Positions 1 to 13,150 of a DNA stretch of 64,000 nt are shown one piece after another (position 1 is the first letter of the stretch; each line of letters begins with the position of its first letter). The notes below the pieces were generated by a model. It saw nothing but the letters and a program-made list of their open reading frames with translations, was not told where the DNA came from and ran no database searches. The stretch is from Pavona decussata. Its lineage: Eukaryota. Both the position numbers and the translations under genes were made by a program. Where the stretch lies: NCBI GenBank assembly GCA_977016875.1, contig CDRNST010000013.1, positions 1,054,001 to 1,118,000 of the forward strand, written 5' to 3'.

Positions 1-217
1 CGCAAGCACAAGCACAAGCATAAGTGCAAGCATAAGTAGCTTATGCCCAGCGAAAACAAACACTACGCAAACGAACGCAAGCATATACGCGCAAGCCCAA
101 GGAGAAGGAAAGATTTTGATCCTTGCGCTTGTGCTTATGATTGCGTTAAGCCCGTTTTCACAGTGAAATAAGGGGTCTTGTGCTTAGGCTTGTGCTTGCA
201 TGGCTAGTGAAAACCAA
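1..217. mobile_element. MITE (non-autonomous DNA transposon), left end cut by the window edge
   Basis: GCAAGCACAAGC at 2-13 is mirrored by GCTTGTGCTTGC at ~188-199, followed by the terminal ...CTAGTGAAAACC. Internal GCAAGC/GCTTG repeats. Confidence 0.6.
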
Positions 218-1010
218 CTAATATGTAAGCTAAAAGTAACAACATATCTGGGAAGGCATTATCAAGTTGCAACCGCATAACTCAGTCTCCAAACATGTGG
301 TATCTATGGTATTTCCTTACAAAGAAATTCCCGTTTTTTTGCAGACAAGAATGTGTCAAGTAGGACAAACGAAGTCCTAAAATGCATTGAGGCAGTGGAT
401 CTCTTCCATTTCCAACAAACACGTTTGAAGAGGTAGGCTGAGGCATGCAGTCTTACATACAATAATATTGAGATTTGCTGTTGTCTCAGTGCCCTGTTCC
501 ACAACCATTTTAGACAAAAATTAAAGGTCTAGACAACATCTTTATCAGCTTTTTCTGTTTTCTCTTAAGTTCACATGGCAAGGTACAGAGGACTCAAAGG
601 TCATGGTGGTTGTGCTCTTGCACTTCAATTGTTCTCCTCAAAGCAAGAGAACCTTAGTTTGGTGAGTTGCCTTTAAACATTGTCTCATAGTGTTGTCAGT
701 AAATCGTGTATGGTTAAGTTCATGATCTAATTTAAAAGAGAAAAAGTTGATTCTTTTCTTGTGAACTAAACCCATGCAAAGGAAAAGGTAAATTATTCGA
801 TTATATACAATATAATTAGAAATTAAAATACAACATGACTAACCAGTATACACAGATGTTCTTAAATAGTCATACAATACTGTAAATTAAAATCTTCAGC
901 TGGTCCAAGCCTCAAAAAAGGGCATTTGAGAATGAATGCACTTATGTGAAAACAATATATTTGAAAAATTATGTGGATTAAAAAATGAATATAATGTGAA
1001 TGGTTGAATT

Positions 1011-1082
1011 ACGGTCACCTCGCCACCACGGAGTCTCGCCACCAGCCAACTCACCACCAAGTGAAGCCTTCTCGCCACCAAC
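1011..1082 (+). repeat. Four copies of CTCRCCACCA, probably the subterminal array of a DNA transposon end
   Basis: Motif at ~1019, 1035, 1050 and 1071. No opposite end found in the window. Confidence 0.45.
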
Positions 1083-2462
1083 GATGCACTTAATAAATCT
1101 AACACTAAACCACATTCGAGTGTAAGTTCAGTTGCTCACGTAAACGATCAGAAAGATCAGACTGTTCATGGTCACGATAGAGTATGATGGAATAGGGCTT
1201 GTACGATTGATCAAGGCGATGAACTGTTTACATGATAGATCGAGTCTAGGTTGTCGCTCCACGAGTGTTATTTGAGTGAAAATTCAGAGTACTGTTTATA
1301 TTATCAATCAGAACAACGAGTAAGAGCATCTGTTTTGATTTCATCGCAAATATGACTGAGTAGCAATAATGACCCACTTACCTGTGTATACTTAATTTAT
1401 TATTACCCAAATATACTCCCCAAATAATCTTTATCAGTTACAACTCATCGGTTCATAGTAGACTAACTACGATCAAGTTACTGTGTCTTTCAATAACATG
1501 CAGACTCTGAAGTTCAAGATTCAACCGACCTTAACACTTTTCACTCAGCCGTCAATCACTGCTGCGAACCTCTGAGAAAACAACAACGCTTGGCTGAATG
1601 GGGTCGGGTTTGTGCTCTGTGATTGGTGGATTTCGATCCAGTTTCCCGAATTAGCGGCTTACGTTTATTTTTTTCTCGCACCCTTACAGGATTAAAATGG
1701 TTGCTGAAAGAATTTTTGGTCATTAAGGATGACAAACAAATATTTGACCCCTTACACACGGCAGCTTATGGGGTGGAAGGCAATTTTTTTCGGCCGATGG
1801 TTGTCCTGACGGACTTTGAAGAATTAAACTCAGTTTAACGGCTGCGGTGTATTACAGTGATTTCGCACAACAAATAATCAAAAATGCGGCTGTATCCGAC
1901 TGAAACTATAATTTGATACATTTTGAAATATTCAGTTCTCGATATTTCACAAGGTAAGTGGAATTTACCATAAGTTTCTTAGTATATCGTTATTTTCATG
2001 TTGTTATGCTAATTATGAAGGCGGTGTTTGTTACAGTTTGTAAAGTACAGTTAAAACTTCTTTTTCTGTAATTTTCTCTTTTAACTGCCCAAAAATTTTA
2101 TTGCATATTCTTAAAGACGAGACATTGCTCTTTAAGCGGGATTCTGTTTTAGGATGCCAACTAATGTATCTTTAGGGATATTTTTCTTTAAACTCGGCCA
2201 TTTTTTTGGCACTTAAAGAGTAGTTCAATAGGGAAGAAATTAAGAATTTTGTAAAAAATCAGATCTCGCTCAAATTCCCAAAAAAGCTTCTTGACACAAC
2301 AACAAACATTTGCTTGTCTCGAATAATGAGATTTTGTTCGGATTTGTAACGCTTTTTTTTTTTTGTTTACAATAACGGGAAAAACTGTTTTTTAAAACAA
2401 TCAATTTGGCAAAACTAAGCCGTCATGGTATAATATTTATTATTTTCTTTCACTTGTAACAG

Positions 2463-3825
2463 CAAGAGCCACCAAAACTCATTTCTATTGGGCTATGAGA
2501 AACAATGATGGCACTGTACATGGATTTCAGCAGTATTTGCTGAACATCATGGACCATTATCAGGTAAATGATGTACACTGTTATTACTGACTGTGTTATT
2601 TCCTGCAATGGTACTACATTCAACAAGTATCAATAGATCCTAATTCGTGTAGGAACGGGTAAATGGGATGAAATAGGGGGAAAAACATGTATGAGGACTG
2701 CAGTTTAAACCAGTAACAATCTGCATACCAAAACTCAGACTAAGCTTGTTGAGAGGAACAAATGTCGAGTGTTTTTTTTCGCTTTATTTTGGATTGGAGT
2801 GAGAAGACTTCAGTGTGTTTCAAACCTAAATACAGGATTATTATTTTGATGTCCTTTTGCTTTTTCATTTTCATAGGGAAAACATGAGCAATGTCACCAA
2901 GACTCTTGTTGTAAGCACAATGGGCACATCTGTTCAAACAAACCTTTGCAGGATCCTAAAGCAGTGCATGCCTACACCACGTCAATCATGAAGACCACCA
3001 TTTACAAAAACCCCACTGGTTAGTATCTGATCTGTTGCGCCACACATGCATGTGTTGTGTGTGGCGAAAGGGGGGCCTGTGTTTTGGGAAGAGGGTACGA
3101 CAGGCCAAGTGTTCTGATCTTGAACCAACTCTTGTAGCATGTAATAGTTCTTTTCTCAATATCTTTTCAACAGTGCCGTGACACATTCTACATCGAGTCA
3201 ATTCATGTTGGCGATGGCAGATATAAAATTCGTGTGTTTCGTGCTATACTGGATTGGGTAAGTTGGCATCAGATATCTCTGAAACAATGTAGCTGTCTAG
3301 CTAGCATGCAACTTGCAAGTACCATTCCATCTGCAGTGGCAGCCACACCCATTACCTGTATAGTGAATGTTACCTTTAATACATGTAGCTGTTCTGTGGA
3401 CAAAATGGTAAGGCAACCTTATTATTACTGGAATGTTAAGGGAATCTCCTTAGAAAAGCTTGTATGAGCTTGTAGAGATCTCCTGCTGTACATGTAACTG
3501 ACTTAGGTACACTCTGTTAATTTAATATGTTGGAAAAAAAATTATTGTAACGTAAACTCATCACACTCGATTTGTGGCTAATTGGTGCAGTAATCCTAAT
3601 AAAAATTTGAGGAAATGCCGGACTGGGTTAACTGGTGGCTTTTTTGTTCAGAATGAGAATGTTGGTAGGGAGGTGCAGTCTGTGCAGTATTATCAACATT
3701 CTCGACATCCTGGGAGGATGGCCCCCACTAGAGTGCTCAGACCCAAGACCTTCCAATTCAGACAGGCAATTTGGAGGAACTTGTTTGAGAGGAATAAAAT
3801 ATCTGCAGCTCCTCTGCCTCTGTGA
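2463..3825 (+). pseudogene. Spliced C-terminal relic of a Kolobok-like DDE transposase (4 exons)
   Basis: AG/GT-bounded exons at ~2463-2563, 2877-3019, 3174-3257 and 3652-3825 read KTHFYWAMRNNDG..LLNIMDHYQ|GKHEQCH..C..|CRDTFYIES..YKIRVFRAILDW|NENVGR. This matches the Kolobok pattern NH.YW..H..C..T..E...R..LA.LD.N.N..R. Confidence 0.6.
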
Positions 3826-4259
3826 ACAGGTGTGGTACTTTTTTCACCAGTTTTTGAATATCCTTTGAGTGACAAAAGCCAACAAAAGGAAAAGTATGTC
3901 CTTGACAAAATCAGGCCATCATCCACATTTCAAGGTGCTACCCTTGTGGACACTTTCTGTCTTCTTACTGACTATTTTTTCCTCTCATTGAAAGGTGATG
4001 TGCTTGAAGAAGGGATTACTCAATGTTGTTCTCTCTCTTGTTCTATTTCAGTAACTAAAGACAGACACTCCAACTTTTTCCCACATATGGTGGGATTACT
4101 TGTGGATATACAAAAAATTAAAAACTAAAGAAAAAACAAGACAAAACAACAAAGAAAAAAACCCGGCTCCTTTAGGAGCCACCACAAATTTAAAAATTAA
4201 TAACCTTTCAAAAAATTATGATTTTAATAACAATACTAGTAAATCACCACAAAAAGAAT

Positions 4260-4471
4260 CAGATAACGAGGAAAGTGAAGTGTGTCACGTTTGTGGCCAA
4301 CAGAGTCCTGCAAAAAAGAAGAACTGGTCTAGGCACTGGATCGCCTGTGACACATGCAAGTCATGGACCCATCTGTTAGTACCAAAAAGTATTTGTCAGG
4401 TTCAATTAAAAATTGGAACGCATGTTTATGAATGTGACTTAACTTTGAAGATACTGACAGATGCACTTTAA
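4260..4471 (+). pseudogene. PHD-finger-like fragment
   Basis: VCHVCGQ...WIACDTCKSWTH (CxxC...WIxCDxCxxWxH). Confidence 0.6.
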
Positions 4472-5260
4472 CCAGTGGTAACCACAGTTCAAATTTAAAT
4501 TGGAAAACTAAACTTAAATTTATTCTTTCATTTGTGCAGTACCACATAAAGCCGTTTTTCATTGCTGTGTTGGACCAATCTCCTCAACACATTCACTATA
4601 ATCCAAGCTTGTAATGTGAAATGTCTCGGTTTTTAGTTGTGTAATGCTCACATAAAAAAGTCCAGCTGCTAACGACCAAAAAATGGTTCAATTGTTCGTT
4701 TCATGATAAAAGCATGAAATTTGGCAGGGTTACTAACCTCTATGAGACAAACATTTTCTGATATGGAGCCATCCCAAATTAACACCCAGAGCCACGTAAT
4801 GCGCATGTCAGAAAAATGGCATATAAAGCCTTTTAACATGGAAGCAAGGCTGATGTAAAATACTGAATTCTTGGCGTTTCTTTGGCTTCTCTGTTTAGTT
4901 ACTTACTTTCTATCATTAGAGCGCATAATATAGTGCCTTTGAATATAAAAAAGTCACGTGACTGTTTTGTCTTTGATGAACAGCAGCTCATCAGCAACGG
5001 ATTACATGGTTAAGATTCCTCATCGGAAAGTATAGTGCTTGGAAGCTAAATGACTTGAAATGATTTTTGACCATTCTCTGACTGAATTCTGATATTAAGT
5101 AATTAGAAATATTCACCCAGAAACACATATTAACGCATGCACAAAAAGTACCACATTGGAACTATACATGAAATCGAGGCTGAGATACATTATCGAGTTA
5201 CTTACGTTTAATTGATATGATATGCTTGCCAAAATGTCAAGATCTGGCTTTGTATGACTT

Positions 5261-6521
5261 TTAGTCTTGGGAACTGCTTAAGTTAATTTCCCTTGAAACT
5301 GCCGAAGGCACTTCAAGAAAAGGGGCTCGAATTTGTTCCCCTTTGGAAGCTTCAGAGGCTGCAGGAACAGTATTTGCACAGTGTACAGTGTGTAAAGGTA
5401 CAGTATTTATCCCACTATCAACCCCAGGTTCCTCATTTGTTGGAGCTGCACAAGATAGAGAGCTGTTGCAAGGAACGGGAACGAATCGTGTGCACTTGTG
5501 GAGCTTAGCTTTTAATCTATATTTTCCAAGAACAAGGTCCAGCAGTTGTAAACAGACCATCTCACAGTTCTGGAGGACATGCAACGCCATTCTTTTCAAA
5601 CTGTGTACAAACACTGTTTGCGATATTGGGAAAAGCAAGAGGTCTGTCATAAGAAATGCAAAGCCCACGCCAAACATAGCATTGAAAAGACGTCGCTTCA
5701 TTGTTGCTCCATAAATCTTTAAGCCATAGACGGAGGAAGGGACATTCCTTTCTCTTGCGTGGCGGAAACTAGACTGCAGAAGAGGGATTTTGATCGCTTG
5801 AGATGCTGTTAAAGATGAAAAGATGAGAGAGGGTCATACCAGCTTAATTTGAGTCACTCTCTACAGGCCGGGCTACGGATGGACTGTGGGGCCTTTGATA
5901 ATCATGTTTACAAGGGTCTTGAGAGTTGATGGAATAGCATCACTTTGGCGGTTTGAGGGAAATCTTTCATTCGAAGGATTTCTGAAGCTGCAGAATATCT
6001 ATTCGCAGCTTGCAAGATGGTATGCCTTAGGCATAAAGGATGTCTCTTCGTTGAGAAAGGGAGCGTTTAGATCTGGAAGGGCTGATAATTATCTATCCTT
6101 CAAATCTGAAGTGCAGACTTTGGCAGGTTCTACTCCAAGTTCTTCAAATTTGGCTGAGTGGAGTCGTGCAAGGTCAAAACACAGTTAACCCTCGGTAATC
6201 TTTGCAATTGTCAATCAGTTCAGCAAATGCTATCTCTTCTATGGATCTGTAGGTGGTATCCTTGGGGGACTTCAACTGCCTCGTCTGATTGTGCAGGGAG
6301 ACCTGGCGCTTGATATCATATATCACCAATAGATAACTTTGCTAAAAACTTCGTTGAAGAGAATGGCACATTGTCTTACTTTATTGTCTACTTCAAGATT
6401 TGAATGGGCACGTAGTCCTGAAGGGGAGTCTGCTTTCTCACAGGAAAAAGCCCCACACTTTTCCCTTAAGGGCCCAGGCACACAAGATGAGCTTGATCGC
6501 CGTGCCTTCACAGGAATTGCC
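5261..6521 (-). pseudogene. Academ transposase relic (frameshifted)
   Basis: Minus strand reads LEVDNKVRQCA, EIAFAELI, GLCISYDR..IANSVCTQFEKNGVACPPEL*DGLFTTA and SSTSAHDSF, which are characteristic Academ transposase motifs. Confidence 0.8.
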
Positions 6522-6529
6522 GGCTAACT

Positions 6530-7310
6530 TTAGCGCCATTCCTGTTCATCACTGTGCTGGACTATGTACTCCTCCTCTCACTACACACCATCAATGAACA
6601 GGGCCTACAAATCTATCCTTAACGTAGCCAAAGGCACCCTGCAAAATATCCAACAGATCTTGATTTTGCAGATGACATTGCAAAACAATTCATTTCCACC
6701 ACTACAAAGTGTCACCTGCGCCCACTAGCAGGCGGAATGAGCACTCAAGTCGACGACTTCAAATATCTCGGCCCATACATAATCTATTGACAAAAGGATG
6801 TGAAGTCCCGTAAAGCCTGAGCTTGCGTGTAATAAGCTCAACAAGATATAACATTCCGATCTTGCCAATGAAGAGATAATCTATTTGCTTAATTTGTTGA
6901 TTGAACCAATTCTGCTTTACGGTCCTGAGACGTGGACACTAACTTCGCGTCAACGACAACGGCTTGATGGGACATATACCAATCTACTCCCACGTGCTCA
7001 AAGCATTCCCTTTTCTGAGCACGCCACATGTTCACAAGAGCCGCATTTACCTTTACCTTCTACCACTCTCCCAGAAGCTCGCCAAGACGCAACTTCAATT
7101 CGCTGGTTATTGCCAGAGAGCTATGGGTGAGATTACCCAGTCCCTCTTACTATGGAAGCCAAGTGGCCCTATCCACTCCAGAAGATTGACCTTTCCCGAC
7201 ATGATTGCCAGGGACTCGGGGATAGAAAGGTCAGATCTCGGGAACGCTACGGTGGATCGTGAAGTTTGCGTAGGTCCCGACCTTGAGAGGCGAACAATGA
7301 TGATGGTGAT
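6530..7310 (+). mobile_element. 5'-truncated RTE-group LINE (RT C-terminus) inserted in the Academ element
   Basis: ADDIA, VDDFKYLG and EPILLYGPETWTLT..RLDGTYT motifs; (ATG)n-like tail at 7297-7310; 8-bp TSD GGCTAACT (6522-6529) / GGCTCACT (7311-7318). Confidence 0.8.
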
Positions 7311-8207
7311 GGCTCACTGGAGAGGATCATCAGCTTTTTTGTATAATGCTTTGACTTTCAGGAGGGAGTTCATTTTGAAATAGTATTAGATAACCTCTAC
7401 TTACAGGATAAAAATCAGTCATTCTTTTTTCAGTCGGAAATCATTGATCGTTTCTTAGGCGCAGGGCCTTATCCAAGCAGATTATCTCAACAAAACCAAC
7501 GTGAATGTGTCAGTCTTGATTTCATGCAATTCCCGACGCTCCAATTTTTTGCATGCATAATTGTGTGCTTCTTGGTGTACATGTAATGACTTTATTTCAG
7601 AATTCATAGAATGGTTGAAAATTATTTCAAATCACCTGGCATCGAAGAAATTTCTGTTGAGAAAGAGGGATTCTTAAATCTTAGTAGTTGCTTAATGCTA
7701 TGCTGTTAATTGAATGCAAAACAGTCACGTGATCAGTCACACGACTTGCTTCTATATTCAAAAGCACTGTATAATATAACGTGCTCTAATAATAGAAAGC
7801 AAGGAAGTAAACATAGTTGGCCAAGCAACGCCAGGAAATCAGCATGTTACATCTGCCTCGTTTCCATGTGAACGCTTTATATGCCATTTTTTGACATGCG
7901 CTGTACGTGACTCTGGGTGTTAATTTGGGATGGCTCCATATCAGGAAATATTTCTCTCACAGAGGTTAGTAAGCCTGCCAAGTTTCATGGTTTTATCATA
8001 AAACGAACATTTCTGGTCGTTAGCAGCTGGACTAACATTATCCTTTGTCTCTCTGATATAGTGAATGTTTTAAACGCGAGAGACTACCTACAAACAATGA
8101 GCCATTCCAACGCACTAGTTGTGAAAAGTCATCCAAGCAATAGTTTTCTAACCAGACATTTATTGCTACCTTTTACAAATTTAATGTGGTTCTGATGAAT
8201 CATTTAA

Positions 8208-8558
8208 GGACCGTGCCGATTAATACCGAAGTATTTTTGTGCGGTTTATTACTATGCGGGAAAAGCGGATCTTTGCAAGGCCTATTGGAATCCAAAAAGA
8301 AAATTTGGGGTAACTACGCATTTTTCAGAGATAATTAAACATTAGTATCTCTAAAAACCGCCAAAATATAAAGCAGTGTATAAGATTTTTTCCTAAATTG
8401 AAGCCTAATTATCTCTGAAAAATGCCTGGTTACCCCCAAATTTCTTTTGAGATACCATAAGCATTTGGTAAGTTCTGCTTTCTCCGTATAGTTTTAAACT
8501 GCGCAAAAATATTCCTGTATTAGTAGGCACCACCTATAGGAAACCCGAGTGTCTCGTA

Positions 8559-8600
<42 letters not shown>
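8208..8600. mobile_element. TTAA-targeting MITE (Kolobok-type GG...CC ends)
   Basis: TTAA|GGACCGTGCC ... GGCACCGTCC|TTAA. Confidence 0.8.
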
Positions 8601-8604
<4 letters not shown>

Positions 8605-9455
8605 ATGTCCATAACTATCAAAGACACTTTAATAAAAGTTAAATTTTCATGCCTTAACAATTTAAGGAAAATTTTCAAATGGAAAGTAATTTTCTTGTTA
8701 TGATAAACCATTCACTACATGCAAAACATTGCATGAATGACAGAAGCAAATCATTAGCATGTTCATAAATATTTGCTTCTTTTATCAATGCGTTTTCCAT
8801 TTTAATATTTATTCAAATCACCAACTAACTCAATATGGAAGTAAGAAAAAAAAGTTCATTTTACCAAGGATATCCCGTATTTTTTTTCCTCTTTCAAGAA
8901 TACACTATTTAATATTTCGCATCATGGTTGTTTGTCACTTACTAATGCAGCTCAAACAAACAAAAAATTTGTAAGGCCTCTGCAGCAGCTGCAGAAAAAA
9001 AAAAGCGGGTTCTTATAGAAGCATCTCCTCCCCTCTTTTCCCCGATCCCTTTCTCTTCCCGCTTCCCTACCCCTTTCAACCACTAACACACATCTTACAC
9101 AATTTCCTTTGTAACGTCTAAATACCCTTTGCAACTCTTACTTAAATTTCCTACTTACTAAGATTTACATATCTTTTTTCAATGTAAGGTTCCATCCCCC
9201 TCCCAGAGGGCAAAGGATATTCGGAGTGTAGCGATCGCCCTTGAACTATTGTGAAATTATAAGTTAAGAATGACACTGTGTTCACTGGACACCGTATTAA
9301 CATTACTGCACAGCTGTACTGGACAGTTGCAGTAAAGTTACAGGAATTTTCTTTCCAGAGGGAACCCGCCTAAGTTGAAAAAAAAAAAAAAAGAGGAAAT
9401 TGGGGGGTGTAAAGCAAAAAATGTACTGTGTGGGGGTGTGGAACTACTTAGTTAA

Positions 9456-9934
9456 AGTGCCCCTAACCCCTAATTCGCTTTTCATCGAGGTAAAACTCTT
9501 TTTGGTTCTGATAATTTTGGCGAAAAAATTTCAGCGATTGGGCTTTTTGTCGATTTTCTGTAAATTTTTAAAGTCCATAAAATTGTCGCCACTTTGGTTC
9601 AGAGCCAGAAATTGGGGAGAATGGGTCTAGTCTGGCCTGTGACGTCGGCTGGGGAACCATGTAATGTTTGACACTCAAAGAGAATTATTTTTCATTTGTT
9701 TGTTTGTTTTCAGGCATATCCTTGCAGTAGTGCATTTTAATTTCAATCTTCAGAGACATGTGAAAAAGAGAGAGGTAAATGGTGCGGAGAGAGTAAAGCT
9801 CTCATATCCCAAGTTCAAGAATGGTGAGGCCACAGGGCTTAATGCAAGGATAACCCAGAACTTTGGCAAATGCTTTCTCCAATTCTGGTTTGCCAGTGTT
9901 GATAAGCAAGTTTTGAGCTTGTCGTTTCCATGTA
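9456..9934 (+). mobile_element. Kolobok element: left TIR plus a transposase C-terminal exon (~9714-9866)
   Basis: TTAA|AGTGCCCCTAACCCCTAATT terminus. Exon reads RHILAVVHFNFNLQR..VKLSYPKFKNGEAT..QNF, followed by a BEL insertion. Confidence 0.75.
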
Positions 9935-10112
9935 TGTTGTACAAGCCTGCGTGCAAACCACGCGTTCAGGGCGGGAATTTAAACCTTCCAGGTGACTTTT
10001 GTACGATCTTAATTAGATGCAAAATAGACAACAATCAGTTTTTAAAAAGTAAAGAAGTATATGTTGAACAAAACGTTGTGTTTTCCATTCATTGTGAAAA
10101 TGGGCCCATACA
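9935..10112 (+). repeat. Putative 5' LTR of BEL/Pao element A
   Basis: TGTTG...CATACA lies directly upstream of the PBS. The left boundary is inferred because no second LTR is present. Confidence 0.5.
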
Positions 10113-10114
10113 TT

Positions 10115-10125
10115 TGGTAGCAGAG
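10115..10125 (+). promoter_or_regulatory. Primer-binding site complementary to the initiator tRNA-Met 3' end
   Basis: TGGTAGCAGAG, 2 nt after the CA end of the LTR and just before gag. Confidence 0.65.
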
Positions 10126-10140
10126 CATAGCAGAGCATAC

Positions 10141-12866
10141 ATGGATGAGTTGCTTTCGCAGTTCCGTATTTCTTTAACGGAATCCATTAAAGAGTCTACT
10201 GAGCGAATCATGCGGTCTCATGACAAGCCTTCCGATGAAGATACAAGAATTGAAACAAGTTCGGACCGATTTGTTCCCGATTCAAAATCTCTTTTAGAGA
10301 AGCAAAAATTGCAATTTGTGGAAAAAAAGGGCTAAAGGAAAGTGCAGCGAATTGGAAAAATTCGTTCATGCAGAGAGTGCTCCCTCGAGAGTGGAAAGTC
10401 AATTAAAGAGGTTGAGTCAATATGAAACTGACTGTTTACGTTCTGCAGAGGAAATTTTGGCGAACGTCAAAGAAGATTCCTTGATAGAAGAAACTTTGAA
10501 AGAATGGGACGAATTTCACTCAGGAATATTAAGGATCTCCGGAAGAGCCGAGGAGTTTATCAACAAAAAGACTGAAAAGGGAGTGAAACAATCTTCAAGT
10601 AAATACCCTGAGAATATCACAGGCGTTAAGCTGCCATTATTACAATTGCCCAAGTTTTCTGGAAACGTATTAGAATGGTCTGCGTTGTACGATGCATTTG
10701 TCGCATCTGTTGACTTGCATAGCAGGCTTAGCAACGTGCAGAAGTTTACCCATCTGAGATCATGTTTGTATCGCAGAGCTTACAAGTGCATTGAAGGCTA
10801 CTCAGTCACTAATGATAACTACCCAAAGGCATTGCAAGATTTACGAGAGCGTTTTGGACGCAAACGTTTATTAGTGAACGAGTTTGTCAAGTCCATTTTG
10901 AATCTGGATGTGCCCGAAAAGGCTGACGGGAGGTCTTTAAGACATGCCTCAAGCCTGATGATAACCCCAGCCCCAGCTTAAAGAGAAATGGGAGTTTGAG
11001 CTTACGAAATATGACACTGATGAAGACAAAGAAGTCAACAAAAAGAAATTTTTTCAATTTCTTGGGGGTCACGTGTTTAGCAAAGAGTCTCATGAGGATA
11101 CTAAGAGCAGTTCACCTAAGCTTAAGCCGAGAAAACGATTTGGTAGAGAAAAAAGATCCAAGTTCCCAGATGATGAAGAGCACATTTCTGCGCAAGCCCT
11201 AGTTGGCTCCTCTGACTTCACGAAAGTGAAGTGTTGATTTTGTGGAAAGAATCATGAGACCGTCAAGTGTGCAGCAGCATAGAATACGACACCAGAAGAA
11301 AGATGGAAAATGCTGATGAAACACAATGGTGCCCCAACATGCTTTAATTGTTTACAGGCAGAAAGCATCTCTCACAATTCTAGAACCTGCAAGGCACCAC
11401 GATGTCCTGTTGACAAATGTGGGAGACACCACCAGCTCCTACACACCTCAGACAAGCTAAACGCCAGTGAAGAGGATGTCCAAATCCTATCGCGTTTTGT
11501 TTCCGCAAATAAGCACAATTTGCTGCTAACCACCTGTGCAAGATTGATCTATGTAGAGAAGGAATGTCCTGTTCGTCTCCCACCGGATAGTGGATCACGC
11601 AAGACATTTCTTAGAAAAACCATTGCTGAAGATTTAAAGATGAAGTCACGAGGATCTCCCACAACTATAAACAAAAAGGTACTCGGGGGACAAGAACAAC
11701 AAAAAAGAATGAATCGTGTGAGGTTCGCATTAGCACCTCTTGATTCAAGTGTTGATAAAGCAGTTTCCATTGATGCCTGGACGTGAAGCAGCGTTTGTGC
11801 CCCCTTAACAGCTGTAGATGTTGATGTCAAGAAGTGTGCACATCTTATAAACCTGAAGCTCGCAGACACCTTTCCAAGGGAAGCCGCTCCTGTTGATTTG
11901 TTAGTTGGGGCCGACCAATACTACAAGTTAGTCCAAGGAAACATTAGAAGAGGCCGCCCAGGAACACCAATTGCAATGAAGTCAAGACTGGGCTGGCTCC
12001 TGTCTGGTCCCATCCCTGGTTCTAGGTCAGTTGAGAGTACGACAGCCATGTTGACAGTGACTAGAGTGGAAAATTCGAACAACCAAATAAAGCGATTCTA
12101 GGAACTAGACGCTATTGGTGTGATAGACCAGAAAACTGATGTCATGTCAGTTGAAGAGAAAGACGCAGTCGATCAGTTTAATAGTTTCGGTAACTTTGAC
12201 GGCGATAGATGTAAAGTTGGACTTCGATGGAAGAAAGACCATCCACCTCTAGTTGATAACTACCGACAAGCCATTCAGAGGCTTGTCTCCATTGAAAGAA
12301 ACCTATCAAAGCATTCGGAGAAGAGAAAGTATTGTGAGGCTGTTAACCAATACATTGAAGATGGTCACGCCCGAGCGATAGACAAAGAAGACGAAAAAGC
12401 AGACAAGATTAGATATCTACCCCACCATGCAGTTTTCCGAGAAGAGAGGACCAACACCAAATGCCGTGTTGTATTTGACAGCAGTACCAAGTTGGCTGAT
12501 GGAGTTTCTCTCAATTCATGCCTTCTGAAAGGACCGAAGTTGCAGCCAGACTTCTGACATGTTATGATCAGATTCAGATGCCATTGGATCTGTCTCCTGG
12601 CAGACATCAAGAAGATGTTTCTCCAAATCAAATTGAAGCGAGAAGATCAGAACAGTCACAGATTCCTGTGGAGAAATTTTCAAGCTGACCAAACGCCAGA
12701 TGTTTATTGCATGACCAGAGTAACATTTGGTGACACCCCCTCACCCTTTCTATCCATAGCCACAGTGCAGAAGCACGTGCACGAACACGAGAAAGATTAT
12801 CCAGTTGCTGCTAAAGAAGTGAAAGAGAACATGTGTGTGGACGATATACTCACCGGTGCTCCAGAC
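10141..12866 (+). pseudogene. BEL/Pao element A gag-protease-RT (disrupted), cut at the inversion breakpoint
   Basis: DUF1759-type KLPLLQLPKFSGNVLEW; Cys-His knuckles; DSGS protease motif; RT motifs YLPHHAV, KCRVVFD, ADIKKMFLQI, RVTFG and CVDDIL. Confidence 0.9.
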
Positions 12867-13150
12867 ATATCCTGAAACGAGATTTATCACCCCTAGTCAA
12901 CGTGATTTTAACAAAGCACTAAGAAGTGCTAGGGTGGTCATAGAACAGGCTTTTGGACTGTTAAAGGGGCGATGGCGTTGTCTCCTGGTGAAACTTGACG
13001 AATCCGTGGACGTCTGACGAATTTAGCCTGCTGTATATTGCATAATATCTGCATTGAAGTTCGCAATGATGTGGACGTGGACCCCCAGGATAATGAGCAA
13101 GACGTGCTCCCCCCACTCCCAGGCCTCGTGAATCGTGAAGTTTCACGGCT
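12867..13150 (+). pseudogene. Harbinger A transposase (HARBI1-like, DDE_Tnp_4) C-terminus
   Basis: FNKALRSARVVIEQAFGLLKGRWRCL...ACCILHNICI. Confidence 0.85.

Larger units (their letters stand above)
4659..8033 (-). mobile_element. Academ DNA transposon, internally deleted, with ~300 bp diverged TIRs
   Basis: Left TIR AGTCCAGCTGCTAACGACCA... (4659-~4965) is the reverse complement of ~7722-8033 (...TGGTCGTTAGCAGCTGGACT). Encloses an Academ transposase relic. Confidence 0.8.

Noticed and set aside
9664-10335. 223-aa ORF as a real gene
   Set aside because: Chance read-through of an intron, a Kolobok exon, the LTR and the start of BEL gag.
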